Counted from the first letter of the stretch, positions 1-13,421 are shown. The stretch is 24,528 nucleotides of DNA from Alloascoidea hylecoeti (GCA_001600815.1 BCKZ01000004.1:868001-892528), one strand, 5' to 3'. The notes: generated by a model from the sequence alone, not told the origin. Numbers and translations: made by a program.

Positions 1-792
1 TCGCAATGGAACTGGAAAGAAGATCCTCTGATTTTAGATACAACACAACCTAATGATAACCTCCTCAATCCAACTTCTGAATTATCATTGAATAAAAATG
101 TATACCAGGCTGCAGTGGGAAAATTTGAAAATTTACGCAAGGAAGATCCGGAGTGTAATAACTTTCCACTCTTTATCGCAACTAATAGTGATACTTCAGG
201 GGTGTTGTGGACTAGTGGTGGTAATCCAAGTGCTGTATTAGCAGCCAGATTAACTGCATTATCACGAATGGCCATTCAACTTATTTTAAATACCTCTCTT
301 GAAGATTTTGATGAAAATTTGATTCAAAGACTTTTTACTGCATCCACATCCGATTTTGACTTTATAATTAATTTGAACGGAAATAAGTCTTCACGAAAAG
401 AAGATAATGTACAATATAAGAACCTCTCGTTACGTGTTCAGCAATTCCATAAACAAGTTATCGAAGAAATGTGTAATTATGGTGACCTGTTTTATCGTGA
501 TATTAAATCCAAATATAATGCTACAATACTATTTTCAAATCGACAATATCCATCAGTCGTCCCAGTGGTTCCTTGTAAGGAGGATAATGGTGATATGATT
601 TGTGGACTATGGCTACCAAGAGTTGATCAACCAAAGAACTTTAGAGTTAACCTTGCTGGTTCAACTATGCCAGTTGCTGATAATGAAAAGAGTAACAAAA
701 ATAAGAATCAGGTAGTGCTGAATAAGACAGCTATTCTTAGTGAGATTTCAAGAAAAGGAGGAGATATCATCAAGACGCTTAATGTAACTTAG
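1..792 (+). CDS. UTP22: U3 snoRNA-associated protein Utp22 (Nrap family), 5'-truncated C-terminal part
   Basis: Frame 1 is open from base 1 (SQWNWKEDPLILD...) to TAG at 790-792. The motifs WNWKEDPLILD, AARLTALSR, DFDFIINL, ICGLW.P and KNFRVNL..ST.P...LNKTAILSEISR match the Nrap/Utp22 C-terminal domains. The ORF-track start at 88 (TTG) is an artefact. Confidence 0.9.
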   Translation, partial: SQWNWKEDPLILDTTQPNDNLLNPTSELSLNKNVYQAAVGKFENLRKEDPECNNFPLFIATNSDTSGVLWTSGGNPSAVLAARLTALSRMAIQLILNTSLEDFDENLIQRLFTASTSDFDFIINLNGNKSSRKEDNVQYKNLSLRVQQFHKQVIEEMCNYGDLFYRDIKSKYNATILFSNRQYPSVVPVVPCKEDNGDMICGLWLPRVDQPKNFRVNLAGSTMPVADNEKSNKNKNQVVLNKTAILSEISRKGGDIIKTLNVT

Positions 793-920
793 ATAAAATT
801 AAAATTTATATAACATGATAGTGAAGTTAAATAAACCATAAATTTTAATTTTTAGAATAATGTTAATTAATATTTCGTTTCTTGAATTTAAATATTTAGA
901 ATCAATACAAAATTTTTTTA

Positions 921-1346
921 TAGTATTTTGGGTTAATCGACCACTCGTTAATCTTTATGTTCGCCCACATCTGTGTAAAACTTCGCTCACAGTTTAAATT
1001 AATAATTCGTGGTCATTGTGATGTAATAATATTCGACGAGTCATCGCACTTAAGTTCGGCCACCATGCATTAAATATTCGGCCACATTTATGTTCAGCAA
1101 AACATGATCGATGCAGGTCTTTCAAAAGCTTTGAAATTTCCAATGGGGAAGCAGCTTTTATCTATCACCTCTCAAGGTTTTGAGAAATCGGTCTTGTTCA
1201 TGTTTTGTTGATGGCCAAATGTATAGCATCGTGGGCGAGCTTAAGTGTGATGACCGGCGATCGAATATCATATGGTCGAATTAATTATTTAAGTTGTAGG
1301 CGAATATATAGGTCAACTAGTGGTCGATATTAACGCAAACGTATTA
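921..1346. mobile_element. ~425-bp imperfect foldback (long inverted repeat); candidate MITE/foldback element or hairpin RNA locus
   Basis: Nested complementary blocks: 936-945/1319-1328 (10/10), 956-969/1295-1308 (12/14), 1040-1068/1226-1254 (25/29), 1094-1107/1198-1211 (13/14); central loop ~1137-1170. No ORF and no clear target-site duplication. The inverted repeat is seen directly; the mobile-element call is inference. Confidence 0.55.
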
Positions 1347-1848
1347 ATTATAGACTTTTTATAAACATGGTGTGCGTATGCATAATTAAAAAATCTTTTT
1401 GGGAAAATCAAAACGTTTTCAACACCGCGGGAAAAGTAACCACACCATCAAATTCACTTCTATTAGGACTAAAGGTAGACAAAAGGCAAATCTAAACCAT
1501 GTCGTTGCAAATTTTGTTTTTGGACTATTCAACCCTATTTCTTCGCAGGCACATAATTAAGATAGGTTCACCGTAGACAGTAATAAAACTTACTTTATTT
1601 AGATGAGTGCATGCATATGTATACTACTCATTTTTGTGATCAGGTAGTATGAATAGTTGCATGCATATTTACTGAAGACCAAAAAACTTCCAAGTTTTCT
1701 AAGTGACATGCACATAGTTAAATTTAGTTTTTCCACTTTATTTCCAATCAGGAACACTTTTTTTTAATTGAAATTAATTAAATTAACTACAGCTAAAATG
1801 CGTTTTAATCGTTTACATAAATTCAAATATTAACATAATACATCATCA

Positions 1849-4800
1849 TTATAAATAAGCCATCCAAAGGGTTTCAGAAGCTGCCAAATTCCTAGGATTT
1901 ACAGCTTGAGATATTAAATCCAAAACTGTTTGGGTTGCAACACTGTTCTGTGAAACATGCGCTAAGGTTGTACTTCTTTTGATCAATATTTCAACATTTC
2001 CCTTAACCAGTTCTCTAAGATGAGAATCTTGCGCACTGGTCCTATGTTGTTGAGCAAACCAGGATATGATCTCATCACGAACAAACAAGCTTAAGAATTG
2101 TTCCATATCAAATTCTGGAAGAGTTAGACATCTACCAATAGTAAGTAGATAAACTGATAAAATACCTTCCAATCCAGCAGGCCCAATATATTTCTGTATA
2201 TTTGGGGTGAGTCTAAATGGAGTGGGTTCATTGTTATAAAACATTGGGGCTCCCGTAGTTCCAGTAGTTGTAGTTTGTTTTTGATAGGAAATGCACGGAA
2301 GCATTTCCGAAGTCCATATATCCCCAGAAGAAGAATCAATATGTATTTTGTGGGGTTGACGGTGGCTAATACACATCAAAAAAGTCATAAATATAAATCC
2401 AGCATATTGAGATGTGAATTGTTTGCGAGACAACCAAAAATCTTCGTAAGCTGGATAAAGCTGCGAAAAATGATCTCTTAAAACAGTTGTAGGAACAATA
2501 GTTGCTTGAATTCCACTGAGAATCTCTGTTCTAACACCATTAATATCTGGTTTAGGGAGTCGTAAATCATAAGTAGCACGTAACTGTTCAATTGTGTAAA
2601 CAAAAGGATCATCTCTGCCTTTCCCATTCTGACGACAAAAGTTTTCATAAATAGTTTGAAGAGTGACATATTGAGTATCTGTCATGATCCGAATATGCGG
2701 GGATAATGGAATGGCAACAGGTATAGTGAATTGAATATTCCTCTTTCTACTCTCAACTTTTCTTAATAGCGTATCGTTAAAAATACGGAAGATTTGAAAA
2801 ACTCTTTCTTCTCTTCTACAATGTCTAGCTGCTGGATATTGAACTGAAAAGGAGTGCAAACTTCCATCATGACCACGAATATGAAGACGTTTGTAGCAAG
2901 CATTGAAACCACGTACTAAATCAAGTTTTGGGAGAAATCGTTCGATTCGGATAAAATGTGTGTTGTTATCTTTATTTAATAAATATTGTCCTGGGACTTC
3001 AATATCTTCGAACTTTTGGTGATGAAACTCACAAAGGTGTGGGCACACTGACTCTAAATTGAGCGTTTTCATTCTTCTATCCAATTTTTCTTCTAGACGA
3101 TCTCTCCAGATTCTTAATTTAATTATGTAAGTCTCTAAATTAGGTTTCGTCTTGATGAAATCTTCCTCAAATGCAGCCCTGATCTGCTTCGGTAGTACTG
3201 TTTCAGCAAATCTGCTGATATTAGCTTCCGTGGAAGATGGTAATGATGCATCGATTCTTGGATTCCCCGACCGATTCATGTATTGAATACCATCATTTAG
3301 AAGAGCTACTACAAGTCTGTAAGAATCCTCATCTGCATTACTCTTAAATCTTTGATTTATTTGATCAACCAACGACTCTAAGGATAATGCAAGCAAAGGA
3401 TAAGCGGTCTTCAGAATTCCCATTATCTCATCGACATTTTCCCAGGGTTGTCTTGTACCATTTCCTGGCCCATTAATTCCAGTATTAACGCCATTGGATG
3501 GAGTTCCAGGGTTCTGTCCACCAGTATTACTTGTAGCATTAGACTGATTAAAACCTGGGCTTAATGTGTTCACTCTGTTTAGATTTGAGTTGACATTAAC
3601 AGGTGATCCCTGTGGATTATTATTCTTATTTCTAGCGGCTTGAATTGCCTGCTTCTGAAGGACGGCAAAATCTTCCTTGGTGGTACGAAGCTGGAATTGT
3701 AAACTCTGTGGAAATGTTTTTGCGATTCTGATTAAAATATGACGAACGAGTTTAGCTTCTTTGTGTGATAATGAAGTCAGTAACTGAGGAATATAAGTAA
3801 TCCAATACCATACAGGAACTTCGCCGCGATAATTTTCAAATGCTTTTGTGAGACTTCCACTGGAGTCATCAAGACTAATGAGCCAAAGAATTCGACTGAG
3901 GAGCTTTCTTGTTTTACTATTCTTATACAAGCCTGCCGCTTGTAGATAACAACTAATGGCATTAACGGCATGAGACATGTCAATAGGATCTTCCTTAAAT
4001 CTCCTGTCATTGAAAAAACCCCATTCGGCCCACGCCTTGGCCAGGTTTAGATCAATCTGTACAGCTGTTGCAAACGCATCATTAGCTTCATCATTCGAAT
4101 TGAGTTTAGCAAGAAACATTCCCTTTAATGTGAAAAACTCTGCTTTTTGTTGCGTCGCAAAGTAAACAAGATTGGTGTTACTGATAACATCTAGTCCGGT
4201 ATTTAACTCTTTTGGATTGCGGTAATGACATTTAGCCTGTTCACGTAACTTAAGAAAAGCCTCCTGAATCTCTATATTGGGAAGAGTGTAAATTTTTGTT
4301 AGCTGATTTATACAAACCTGAGGCATATTATGCTTTCTAGCAACGTGTGCAAACCTATTGATAACCCAAGCAATCTCATGGAATCCTCTGTAGGCATATG
4401 AGTTAGCATTAGCATTACCATTTGCCTCTTGAAGAGCAGGAATGAATGGCATGTAGACTTTATTTATGACACTGAAAGCATGACGTCTCCACGTTACTAA
4501 ATCATTCCATATATTAATATCATCCCAAATATTAGGCAATCTTTCTCTCCATGCTTGTAAGACACGTTTTAGCTCCTGAGATTTCACATCAAGGTTTGTT
4601 ACAGTAGTTGCTTTTAAACTTCCATAAACTTGGCTTGCTTCCATAAATTCAACATATTGTTGGAATGTGTGTAGCAGTGTGATGTGAGCATTGGTAAATC
4701 TTTTTGGCAGTAAATGCCATTTGCGTAAAGCCAGTTGTATTCCTTCATCGCATAATCCAGATAACTCAGATAGACTAGTAGTGTTTTGGGAGTATCCCTG

Positions 4801-7800
4801 TAAGCAAATAAATGTTTCAAATATTTGTCTTCGCGGTGTTGGTACATCCATAACTGTTTTTACGGATTGCTCTAGAGGTTCTTTATCATTGGTCCAATCT
4901 GCAACCCTCCATCCACATTCAAGAAGTAAATCTGTGAATCCCTCATGTTTTGCTAATTCTGTAAGAATTTCCCAATGCTGCAATTTTTGGGCACACAAAA
5001 TCCAGTTGTCTTCCCATAATGAGTATTCAGAAACACCATAAGGTAAAACACCGCTTCTTGCCTTTACTTGAGCAGATTCATAAAGTTGCAAAGCTTTGTC
5101 CCAGAACCCAATTTGCTCAAACGACACGGCGGCATTTGTTTCCTGGTATTTTGCACGTCGTCTCCAAACACCATAAAACATATCATCCTCTTGGAGCAGT
5201 GAGTACATTTCCACCAAAGCATCGAGATTTGTCTCACGGATCTTAGCACTATCCGAAATTGGTTTCTCTTCAATGTCTTCTAGTATTTTTAGAGCAGGAA
5301 ACCAGGCGTCGAAATTTGACCCCAGATATTTAGTAAGGTGTGATGGAAGTTGAAGAGATTCACAATTTCCGACAGCTTCTAGAATTGTCTTAATTACATT
5401 TGGTCGTTTATCTCGTTGCTTCCCATGGTAATCCTTTGAAACTAGGGTAATCAAGCTTCTCAAAAAATCCATTCTCTCTCTCGTTGGAACAGATTGGTAT
5501 GCAACAGGAAAGAAGTCAATCCAAGATTTATGAATTGATTCGGGATTTTGATAATGAATTTCAGTTAGAGGCGCAAAAATATCATTAAAATGGATATTCT
5601 TAATCTTTTTCAAAAAATCTGAATGTCGAAATACTAAATCCTGTAATTCATCTGTTATCACGATATCTTCAGAACTTTCATTCGGTAGTGCGTCGGTGAT
5701 CGATGAGGATGGTGCAAGTTTATATTCTCCTTTCTCTAAATGGATTATATAATCGTTATCAGCTGATCCATATAGTAACTGTAAAGCTTGTTTCAACCAA
5801 GGATAGTCCGCTAAATATTCCCAGTTTTGTTCTCTTATGACATAGTGAAGTCGTTTATAGATATCTCTATCAAAGCTTTCATTCAAAATAGACATCAGTC
5901 GCGATCTGATTCCAATATTTTTCAATCTAGTACCAACTAGGAATGGTTGCTCCATCTTAACAGTTAACTCTGTCCTTGCGAATGATGGTTCTTCAAAAAT
6001 ATGTACAATTATCTCAAATAATTCTTCTGTTAGCGGTGATTGATTTCGCGCTTCAAAGATCATCATTTTACCCAAAATAGCTGCTTTCTCTAGAGTTGTA
6101 GGAAAATCTTGTTTTGAAAAGACCCACGTCTTAACCGTGGAGATAATCTTCTGTTGTAAATCAATATCAAAAGATCTTTCAATGAGTTGCCCCAGAAAAC
6201 TTAAAAATATTCTTCGCTTCTCTCGATCCAAGTCAGTAATTCCTAGAGATACAAGCTCGATGAGTTGTATAAAAAGATTAATTGTCTTTTTAGTTTCAAT
6301 TTCACTTGGTAGAATTTTTGTATTAGGTTGTTGCGGACCCGTCTGCGTAGGTTGCTGTGTAAATGCAATTGGGTCTTTAGATAATTTTATAAACGTGCTT
6401 ACGATGAGAGGAAGTAAAGGTGCCATCGATGTTAGAGAGTGCTTACCTAAAGTAGAGCATAAGATCAAGCCAGCAGGAACAGATGTTGTCCCGTTAAGAT
6501 CTTTCTGGATGATTTCAACAAGAGAATTAATAAAGCTGCCTACGGATTCAGGCTTTTCAGATTCCTCATCTGTGAAAGCTTCATTAATGGCTATGAGAAT
6601 GAATTTGAGTATTCTTTGTAATACAACTTGAATATCCATATTTTCTGATTTCAATGGATTTTCTAACAATTTCTCTAGATACGGTAGATTTTCAATTATC
6701 CAATTTTTGCTTTTCCATTCCAAGGTAACATCAAGCACTTCTAAAGTATTTAAACAATAACCCAAAATACTCGGGCTGCTTAAGTCTGTCTTCGTTAAAA
6801 ACCTCTCAAATCTTAAGAGCTTATCGGGAATTTCAGGCCAATGATCCGGCCCCAACAATTCATATAAAACTGCTAGCGCCCGTTTCCCAACCTCGGTATC
6901 TGAAGCCCTGGTATTTGTCATACAAACAAATCTAGTCAAACAAATGACTGTAGTTTCTCGTTGATTCGTAGGAACTACGTAGCTTTGTAAAGTCATTGAA
7001 TCTCTGTTAGAACCAGGTGGTAAACCTAATTCTTCTTCTGTATAACCATCTGAAGATGTCTTGCCTGAATTAATATCCTCCCTTAATTTGGCAGTATTCT
7101 CCCATTTCAGCATCAACTCTGCCAATTCGATTACAAGATTCTGGGTCTCGTTCATTGGATGATGGACACTCAGCTTGGTGATTGCAGATACAATATTTGG
7201 AATAAAATGATCACGAGAATCAAAAAATAAATTGGAGTGGCGTACAATAAACTGGTAAACATTTACAACTTGACTAACGTTGTATCCATATTCGCTCAAA
7301 ACTCTTCTGGGATACTTCACCCACAATGGAGCGGCCATTCTTTTGGGCAAAACTGGGGCCAGTAAATCCAATGCTTGTCGCACTAAATGTCTCATTTCAC
7401 TTTCGTGTGATCGCAATAGAGCTACATAAATCTGGATAACAATCTTAGACGGTGTATCATAAGCTGCGATGAAATAGGCGATAACAACATAGGCTGCTTG
7501 TTTACACAGGGCATCTTCATGTTTCAACGAATTCCAACCAAATTTAATAAGATCTTTTCGTAATCCTTCGATAAGTTCTCTTCCGTATTTAATAAAAATA
7601 GCAGACATTTGTAAAAATTCAAAGCGATAATGATCAACAACTCCCAGATTATCAGTTGAGGACTCAAGAACCCCACCTCGCCAAACTTTAGTATGAATTT
7701 GATCAAGCCAATGTGGAAATTTATAGCCAGATGATATTTTTTGACCGAATCTATTCAAATTCCCGTGTCTTCTTCCCTCTGTCATCAGTATGGGGTTTGC

Positions 7801-10800
7801 AATGTACTTGAGAATAAAAGTTCTAGTAGAGAGTCCAACAGATTTATTCAATATCTTAGTAACGCAATGAGACAAATAAGACTCTTTGAGTTTAATATCA
7901 TTGGATGATACAATATTCTTGTGAATGAAAACATGAAGTTCATTAATCAAAGGAATATTAGAAGAGGATAAGGTGTCAATGAGTTCTAAAACTGTATCAT
8001 GGTCATTTAAATTGTTTTCCAAGTAGTAGCAGAAAATATCTTGAAGCTTTACCACGGTTTGTTGTTGTTGAATATGAAAATGATTCAAAGGCTCGCGGTC
8101 AACGTTATCAAAGTCAAAAATTTTACCGACTTGAGTTAACAAAGTTAGAAGGAATGACTTTTGAGACAACAGCCAAGATTTATCGCTCTGAACCAAAGAA
8201 TATAATAAATCAACAGTGTTGGCAATTTGCACATTTTTAACTTCTTTGACGTCTTCACCAGAAACAATGTTTTTGATCGAGTCGATATGCTCCTTAAAAT
8301 ATTCTGTTAAATTTCCACATACCTTTTGGTTGGAAAAATAGGCTAACTTAGTACCCTTAATTCTATCAGAGAAATATTTTAGAAAAAATTCAAAACTTTC
8401 TTTTGGATACTTATTGAGAAATTTGGCAACAGGTTCTCTGAAAGGAGAGTAATGTCGCCTCCTCAAATTATCTTCTAGGAATTGTAGCGTTTGTATAATG
8501 TCTTCAATAAACATATGAGCAGTAGGAGGTAGCAAGTGGAATATATTTAAGATAGCTTTAATAACCAGAACTCCGTTGTTTGTTTCTAGATCTTGGGCAG
8601 CTATAGCATACAACTCGTTCGGCTGGGCTAATGACATTAAATGATCGAGTAATTTCCTACCAATTTCAACTTTAAAGTATGAAACGAAAAGCTTCAGTAA
8701 TCCGCCAAGGCTTTCAAGACCGTGCACATTCAACTTCTTGTAGTCCGAAAGACCTGCCAACATTGGTGCTAGACCATTGTGTAACAAATCTTTAGGTATC
8801 TTGGGATTCGGTGAAGTCGAAAGAACTGCCCCTAGACCTTCGTGTGCAGCTGCAATAACTTCGCTGGAAGTCGAATTCAAAGTTTTGAAAAACACAGTCA
8901 ATACTTTTATTCTTGTTTGGGGGTGTTGGGCCGAAAATTCTGGTTTTGTCAATGCAAGCGCTAATAATTTGACACAAACAACACGTAATTTGATGATCTC
9001 TTGAGAAGTTTTGTACTCTAGTGCTTTTTGAATACTTATTAATGATTCATCCTCAGCGTCCACCAAGGCTACTGCTTCATGCAAAAGTCTAGTCAATTCC
9101 TCATTGAACTCTAGGAATGTACCTTCTAATCCCAAAACAAATGTGATGGCATCAATATTTCCAATTTGCATAGGAAAAGGTAGTGCGCGCAATGGTTTAC
9201 CAAAAATGGGTGTGATAAGAATACCCTTGGATGGTTTAATAATTTTGGCGACCGAAAACCCTGTAACCTCCGATAATACTTGAAGCGCTTGTTGGGATAC
9301 ATCTCTTACAACTGAGTTCGCATTCGAAAGATCATAAATTAATGTACCTGTGATAGCTTGAAACTGTCGTTTAGATAAGTCTTCCTCTGTGACATCAGTG
9401 TTACATTTTCTCAAAACCAATAATAACAAATCTTTAGCTAATTCTCTGACATCACTTGGGGATTCAACAGTAAGATCGCGCAAAACGAATAGCATAGCTC
9501 TTACAAATTCTACTTGTCGATATTTCAAAAATCCTAAAGGGAAGTCCAAAGTTTCAATCATTACCTGAAGTCCAAGGCAACCGCTGGATTTTCTATAGTA
9601 CGGCTCTTCGAAGCAGACATGTGCAAAGTTATGGAAAAGAACTTTGATAAATGGAAATGCAACTGCCTTTTCGGGGGAACCATAAATAGTAAGACATGTC
9701 TTGTAAATATGGCAAATGACATCTTTACCTGCTTCTCTGACATCTTCCATATAAGAGCTCAAGGCATAGGTAATAGCATCAATAATGGCTCTTTCACTCA
9801 AATACGCTTTGCCTTCATGATCATTGACCGAAAATATACTTTCATTTTTCTTTCTGTTTCTTATACCAGTTCCAAGGTTCAAGATTGTAGCATGATCACT
9901 AATTCCTTTTATTAATAGTAATGCATCATCCTTCACTTCAGGTATAGAAGTTGAAAAGAACACAGCTTCAAGTAAACGAACAAATAGTTTTTGTCGATTA
10001 TCCAGTTTCAAATCATCTTTGACGATGTAAGGTTCAAGGACTTTATCTCCTGGGATTGTACTTTCTAAAAGTGCATCGGCAGCTCTGCGAACATCTTTAG
10101 CATAATCTTTTGGCACATCAGACGAATCAATGAATACTTTGAGGATATTGCTCAAGTAGTTATATGATTGTATCCGATAAAACTGAGGTGCCTTTTTATT
10201 TTCAAGTAATCTAAGTGCCGAATCAACTGCCGGTGTAATTGAAACTGGAACATGATCGGCGAGACCAATAATTGATGTCATTACCTTAATATCTTGGTTG
10301 AGAACAGATTGAGCTTTCAAATCATGAGGAGGTTTCACAAACCTTCTATTGCGACCTCCTAGTTTACCAAGTATTCTGAAAGTTGTGTGGGAATGTAGAT
10401 GATAGTATGGCATTGGTTGAAGATGATTCCATAGTGCCTCCATAACTTCTTCTATGACTGGTTCAATGATTGGATCAAAATATTCAGGAGTTAAATTATC
10501 AACACAGAGCTCTAATGTTCTTAGTCCTTGTGTAACCAAATCTTGTGAACCATTTAGTGCATACACTAATGGTCGCATCAAATAGCTGAGATGAGGGACC
10601 AGAACGCTCAAGCGAACTGGAACAGTTAAGCACAATTCAACAAATATATCACACTCTAAAGGTCTTCTAGCAGCTACTAATAATTTGTTTAATGTTTCAA
10701 GCACGACCTGAAGAAGAGGCATGATCTCCTTATAAAGGTTCTCAAATCCCCCACCACCAATACTTCTAAATAAGGTTCGCATGAGATAGAAATAAACCAG

Positions 10801-13252
10801 TGGCTCTTTTGCTGTTTTGGAAAGTTCAAAAGCTTTTAAAATAAAATCATTTAAATGTGGTAATAATACTTTTTCATTCTGGGAGGGAAACACATTAACA
10901 GACATAAAACAAAATTTGAATAATCGAATCAAAATATTTGATTTGACAGGTTCTAATTGGCCCAGCTCTTCTAATTTTCCTTTCAAAAATCCAATTAAAA
11001 CACCAAAAAAGTTGGCAGATGTTAGTTCACTTGCTAAAAATATCTGTGGGATGTGGAGCAATCCTGGATTAATGAATAATTGATCGTAAAGGAACTGAAT
11101 TTCAGATGTTATTATTTCATTAAAAGAGGCAGGATCTATGGGAATAAACATTGTAGCAAAAATCTCCATCATATCTTTCTCTTCCTTGGAACTAGTTATC
11201 GGTGAGTTAGATATAGCAAAATCATATTCGCTAGATTTAGGATCAATTTGTCGTTTGTGGTTAGAAAAGAAAATTAGTCCCTTAACACCTTCTCGGAATA
11301 ATTTTGTCAAAACGATCACTTCATCGTAGCTGAAAACCCGGCTGTTGTCTTTCCATTGCTGTTGGGGATTATAATCTGGTCCGGGAGGTTGTGGATTACA
11401 AGTTCTTTGCATAACAGCTTTAAGAAAGGTCATGAGAGTTCCAAACAGTAATCTGGCCTCCTTTAATGGATCTGTCGATTGTTCTGGAAGAACCTTAATG
11501 GGGAGCTCGTTCTGTAGATCATAATAATCAAAGGCATCTTCTTGTTCTTCTTCGGCGGATAAGTCTTGATCAATATCCATTTTATTATCTTTTTTTTCTT
11601 CTTTTGTAACATCTTCTGCCGATGTCATTTCCACATCTTCAATATCATTACCGGAAGTCAAATCTGCCTTTTTAATTAATTTATATCTACCGTAAATAGG
11701 TGGTTTTGCTTTTTTCTCATCCATTTTCTTTACATACGCTGCATGTCGCTTCATAATATTGTCATGGGCACAATTAAGAGAAATAAATCTGTGAACATAA
11801 GAATCGATAATTAACATGAATAGCTGTCTTGCCTCATTCTTATCCGTCAATTTGGCTATTTTGTCGAGTAGATTTACTAAGGATTTAGCTGTCACTGTAT
11901 GTGCAGTAACACATAAAGTATCATCTTTTAAATTCTTACAAAACACCCTAACAATCTTCCAAAGTTGGGGTAGTGATAATTCAGCTCTAATGTTATAAAT
12001 GAAATCTGCGACTGCTGAATATGCCAATCTCCTAAGAGTTTCATGAGCAGTTAACCCATCACCAATCAAGACCTTCTCGTTGAATAAGATATCAAATTTA
12101 GGGATGAAAAGAGTTCTAAATTCTGTTGATAATATAAGTCTTAATGAATGTAATATTTCTTTTCTTGTCAATGATAACTCGCAAGGACAATCTTGCAGTA
12201 GTCTAATAATAAGATCGGGGATTTGGGGCAAATAGGTTTTGAAGCTCGTTGAATAACCACGAAGAAAGGTGAAAGCTAGAAATGTGACGGCTTTACCTTG
12301 AGCATGAATAAATTCACCGTATAATGATCGATTTTTGATATAAGGAGATACTGAAGTGAATAATTCATTCGAAGCCGCTGCTGCTGCTCTTGCTTCTGCT
12401 TGCGGAGCAGCCTGTAATTTCAAAATATTAATGATACATGGAATAATCATTGGTAATAGGTCAATAATCATTGATTGATAGGAAGTGAATATTGAAACAA
12501 CGGTAATGGGGCATTCTGCTACTGTTTTAAAGCTATACATTGCCCTTGGCAAGGATTTGGGCGAATCATTGCTTAGATCACCGGTTAAAGGTGGGGACAT
12601 TGGTCTTGGGGATTGGAATGAACTTCCAGCAGGTGTAGATCCAGATGCTAACTGGCCTGTTGTGTTAAATGTATCTGTAACTACTTGACTCATATTACCA
12701 TAAAGCTCCACAATGATATCAAAAAAAGGAATTACTTCATCCTTCAGAACTTGTTTATAATGTTTATGGTATATAGATATTATTTTTAAGCAGAGTATGC
12801 CATTATCTTCATTTTCTTGTTTGAGATACTTGTGTAAGGACTCAATGACTTCAACAGCGTACGGTTCGAAAATGTTGTTTGCCTGAAGACGATGAAAAAT
12901 TTCAAGGACATTATTCCTCACACGCTAAAAAAAAGTATGGTGTTAATATCCAGTAGGTGAATATTGAAAGAAAAAAATAAGAACTTACATGTTCATTTGA
13001 GTTGCTTGTAAAACTAATTGGTACATTCTCCAGAAGATGTAGTAAGATCGGAATCATGGTTTTGAGAAAATGTGCATATTCAGTAGAGCTATGAAATGCT
13101 TCAATCATATCACATAGTTCACTGAGTGTTGATAATTTGATTTTTAGGTCTAAGGAGTTTGTTAGCAATAATTCTAATTGAGTTGCTCAATATAACAGAA
13201 ACTTACCATCCTGTCTAAGTCTAGACGCAAAATCATCCACTTGTGACTGCAT
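1849..13252 (-). CDS. TRA1: Tra1/TRRAP PIKK-family pseudokinase, SAGA/NuA4 subunit; join(13252..13207,13149..12989,12924..1849), ~3760 aa
   Basis: HEAT-repeat N-terminus, FAT region, PI3K-like domain and FATC ending PRNLAASETLWMAYL. Hallmark motifs VELCLTVPVRLS, QGLRTLELCVDNL, RILGKLGGRNR, IYTLPNIEIQEAFLKLREQAKC. The spliced N-terminus MQSQVDDFASRLRQDDLKIKLSTLSEL...NEHRVRNNVLEIF resembles yeast Tra1. Confidence 0.97.
12925..12988 (-). other. TRA1: TRA1 intron 2 (64 nt, phase 0)
   Basis: GTAAGT donor at 12988, TATTAAC branch-like site (~12948-12942), T-rich tract and TAG acceptor ending 12925. Joins NEH to RVRNN in frame. Confidence 0.88.
13150..13206 (-). other. TRA1: TRA1 intron 1 (57 nt, phase 1)
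   Basis: GTAAGT donor at 13206, TGCTAAC branch point (13167-13161), TAG acceptor ending 13150. Splicing joins G+AC (Asp) in frame. Confidence 0.88.
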
Positions 13253-13421
13253 TTCTGACAACGTGAGCAGCCAAGTACGGTATTACAAAAAATTGAAAGT
13301 ATTACAAAAAACGTTCCGATTTTGTAGAAGGATTCGCGTTTATGGGTTGCTGAAATTGTAAACAGTAGAAAAACAAAAATTGGAGAAATCACCATCCACA
13401 ATTTCGATTATGTAATGCTGT

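Noticed and set aside
2124..12688. Many short ORFs overlapping TRA1, including the 164-aa antisense ORF at 6137-6631
   Set aside because: Shadow frames of a long CDS with no recognisable motifs.
13174..13401. 75-aa ORF upstream of TRA1
   Set aside because: It overlaps TRA1 exon 1 and intron 1 in another frame, has a non-ATG start and shows no family features.
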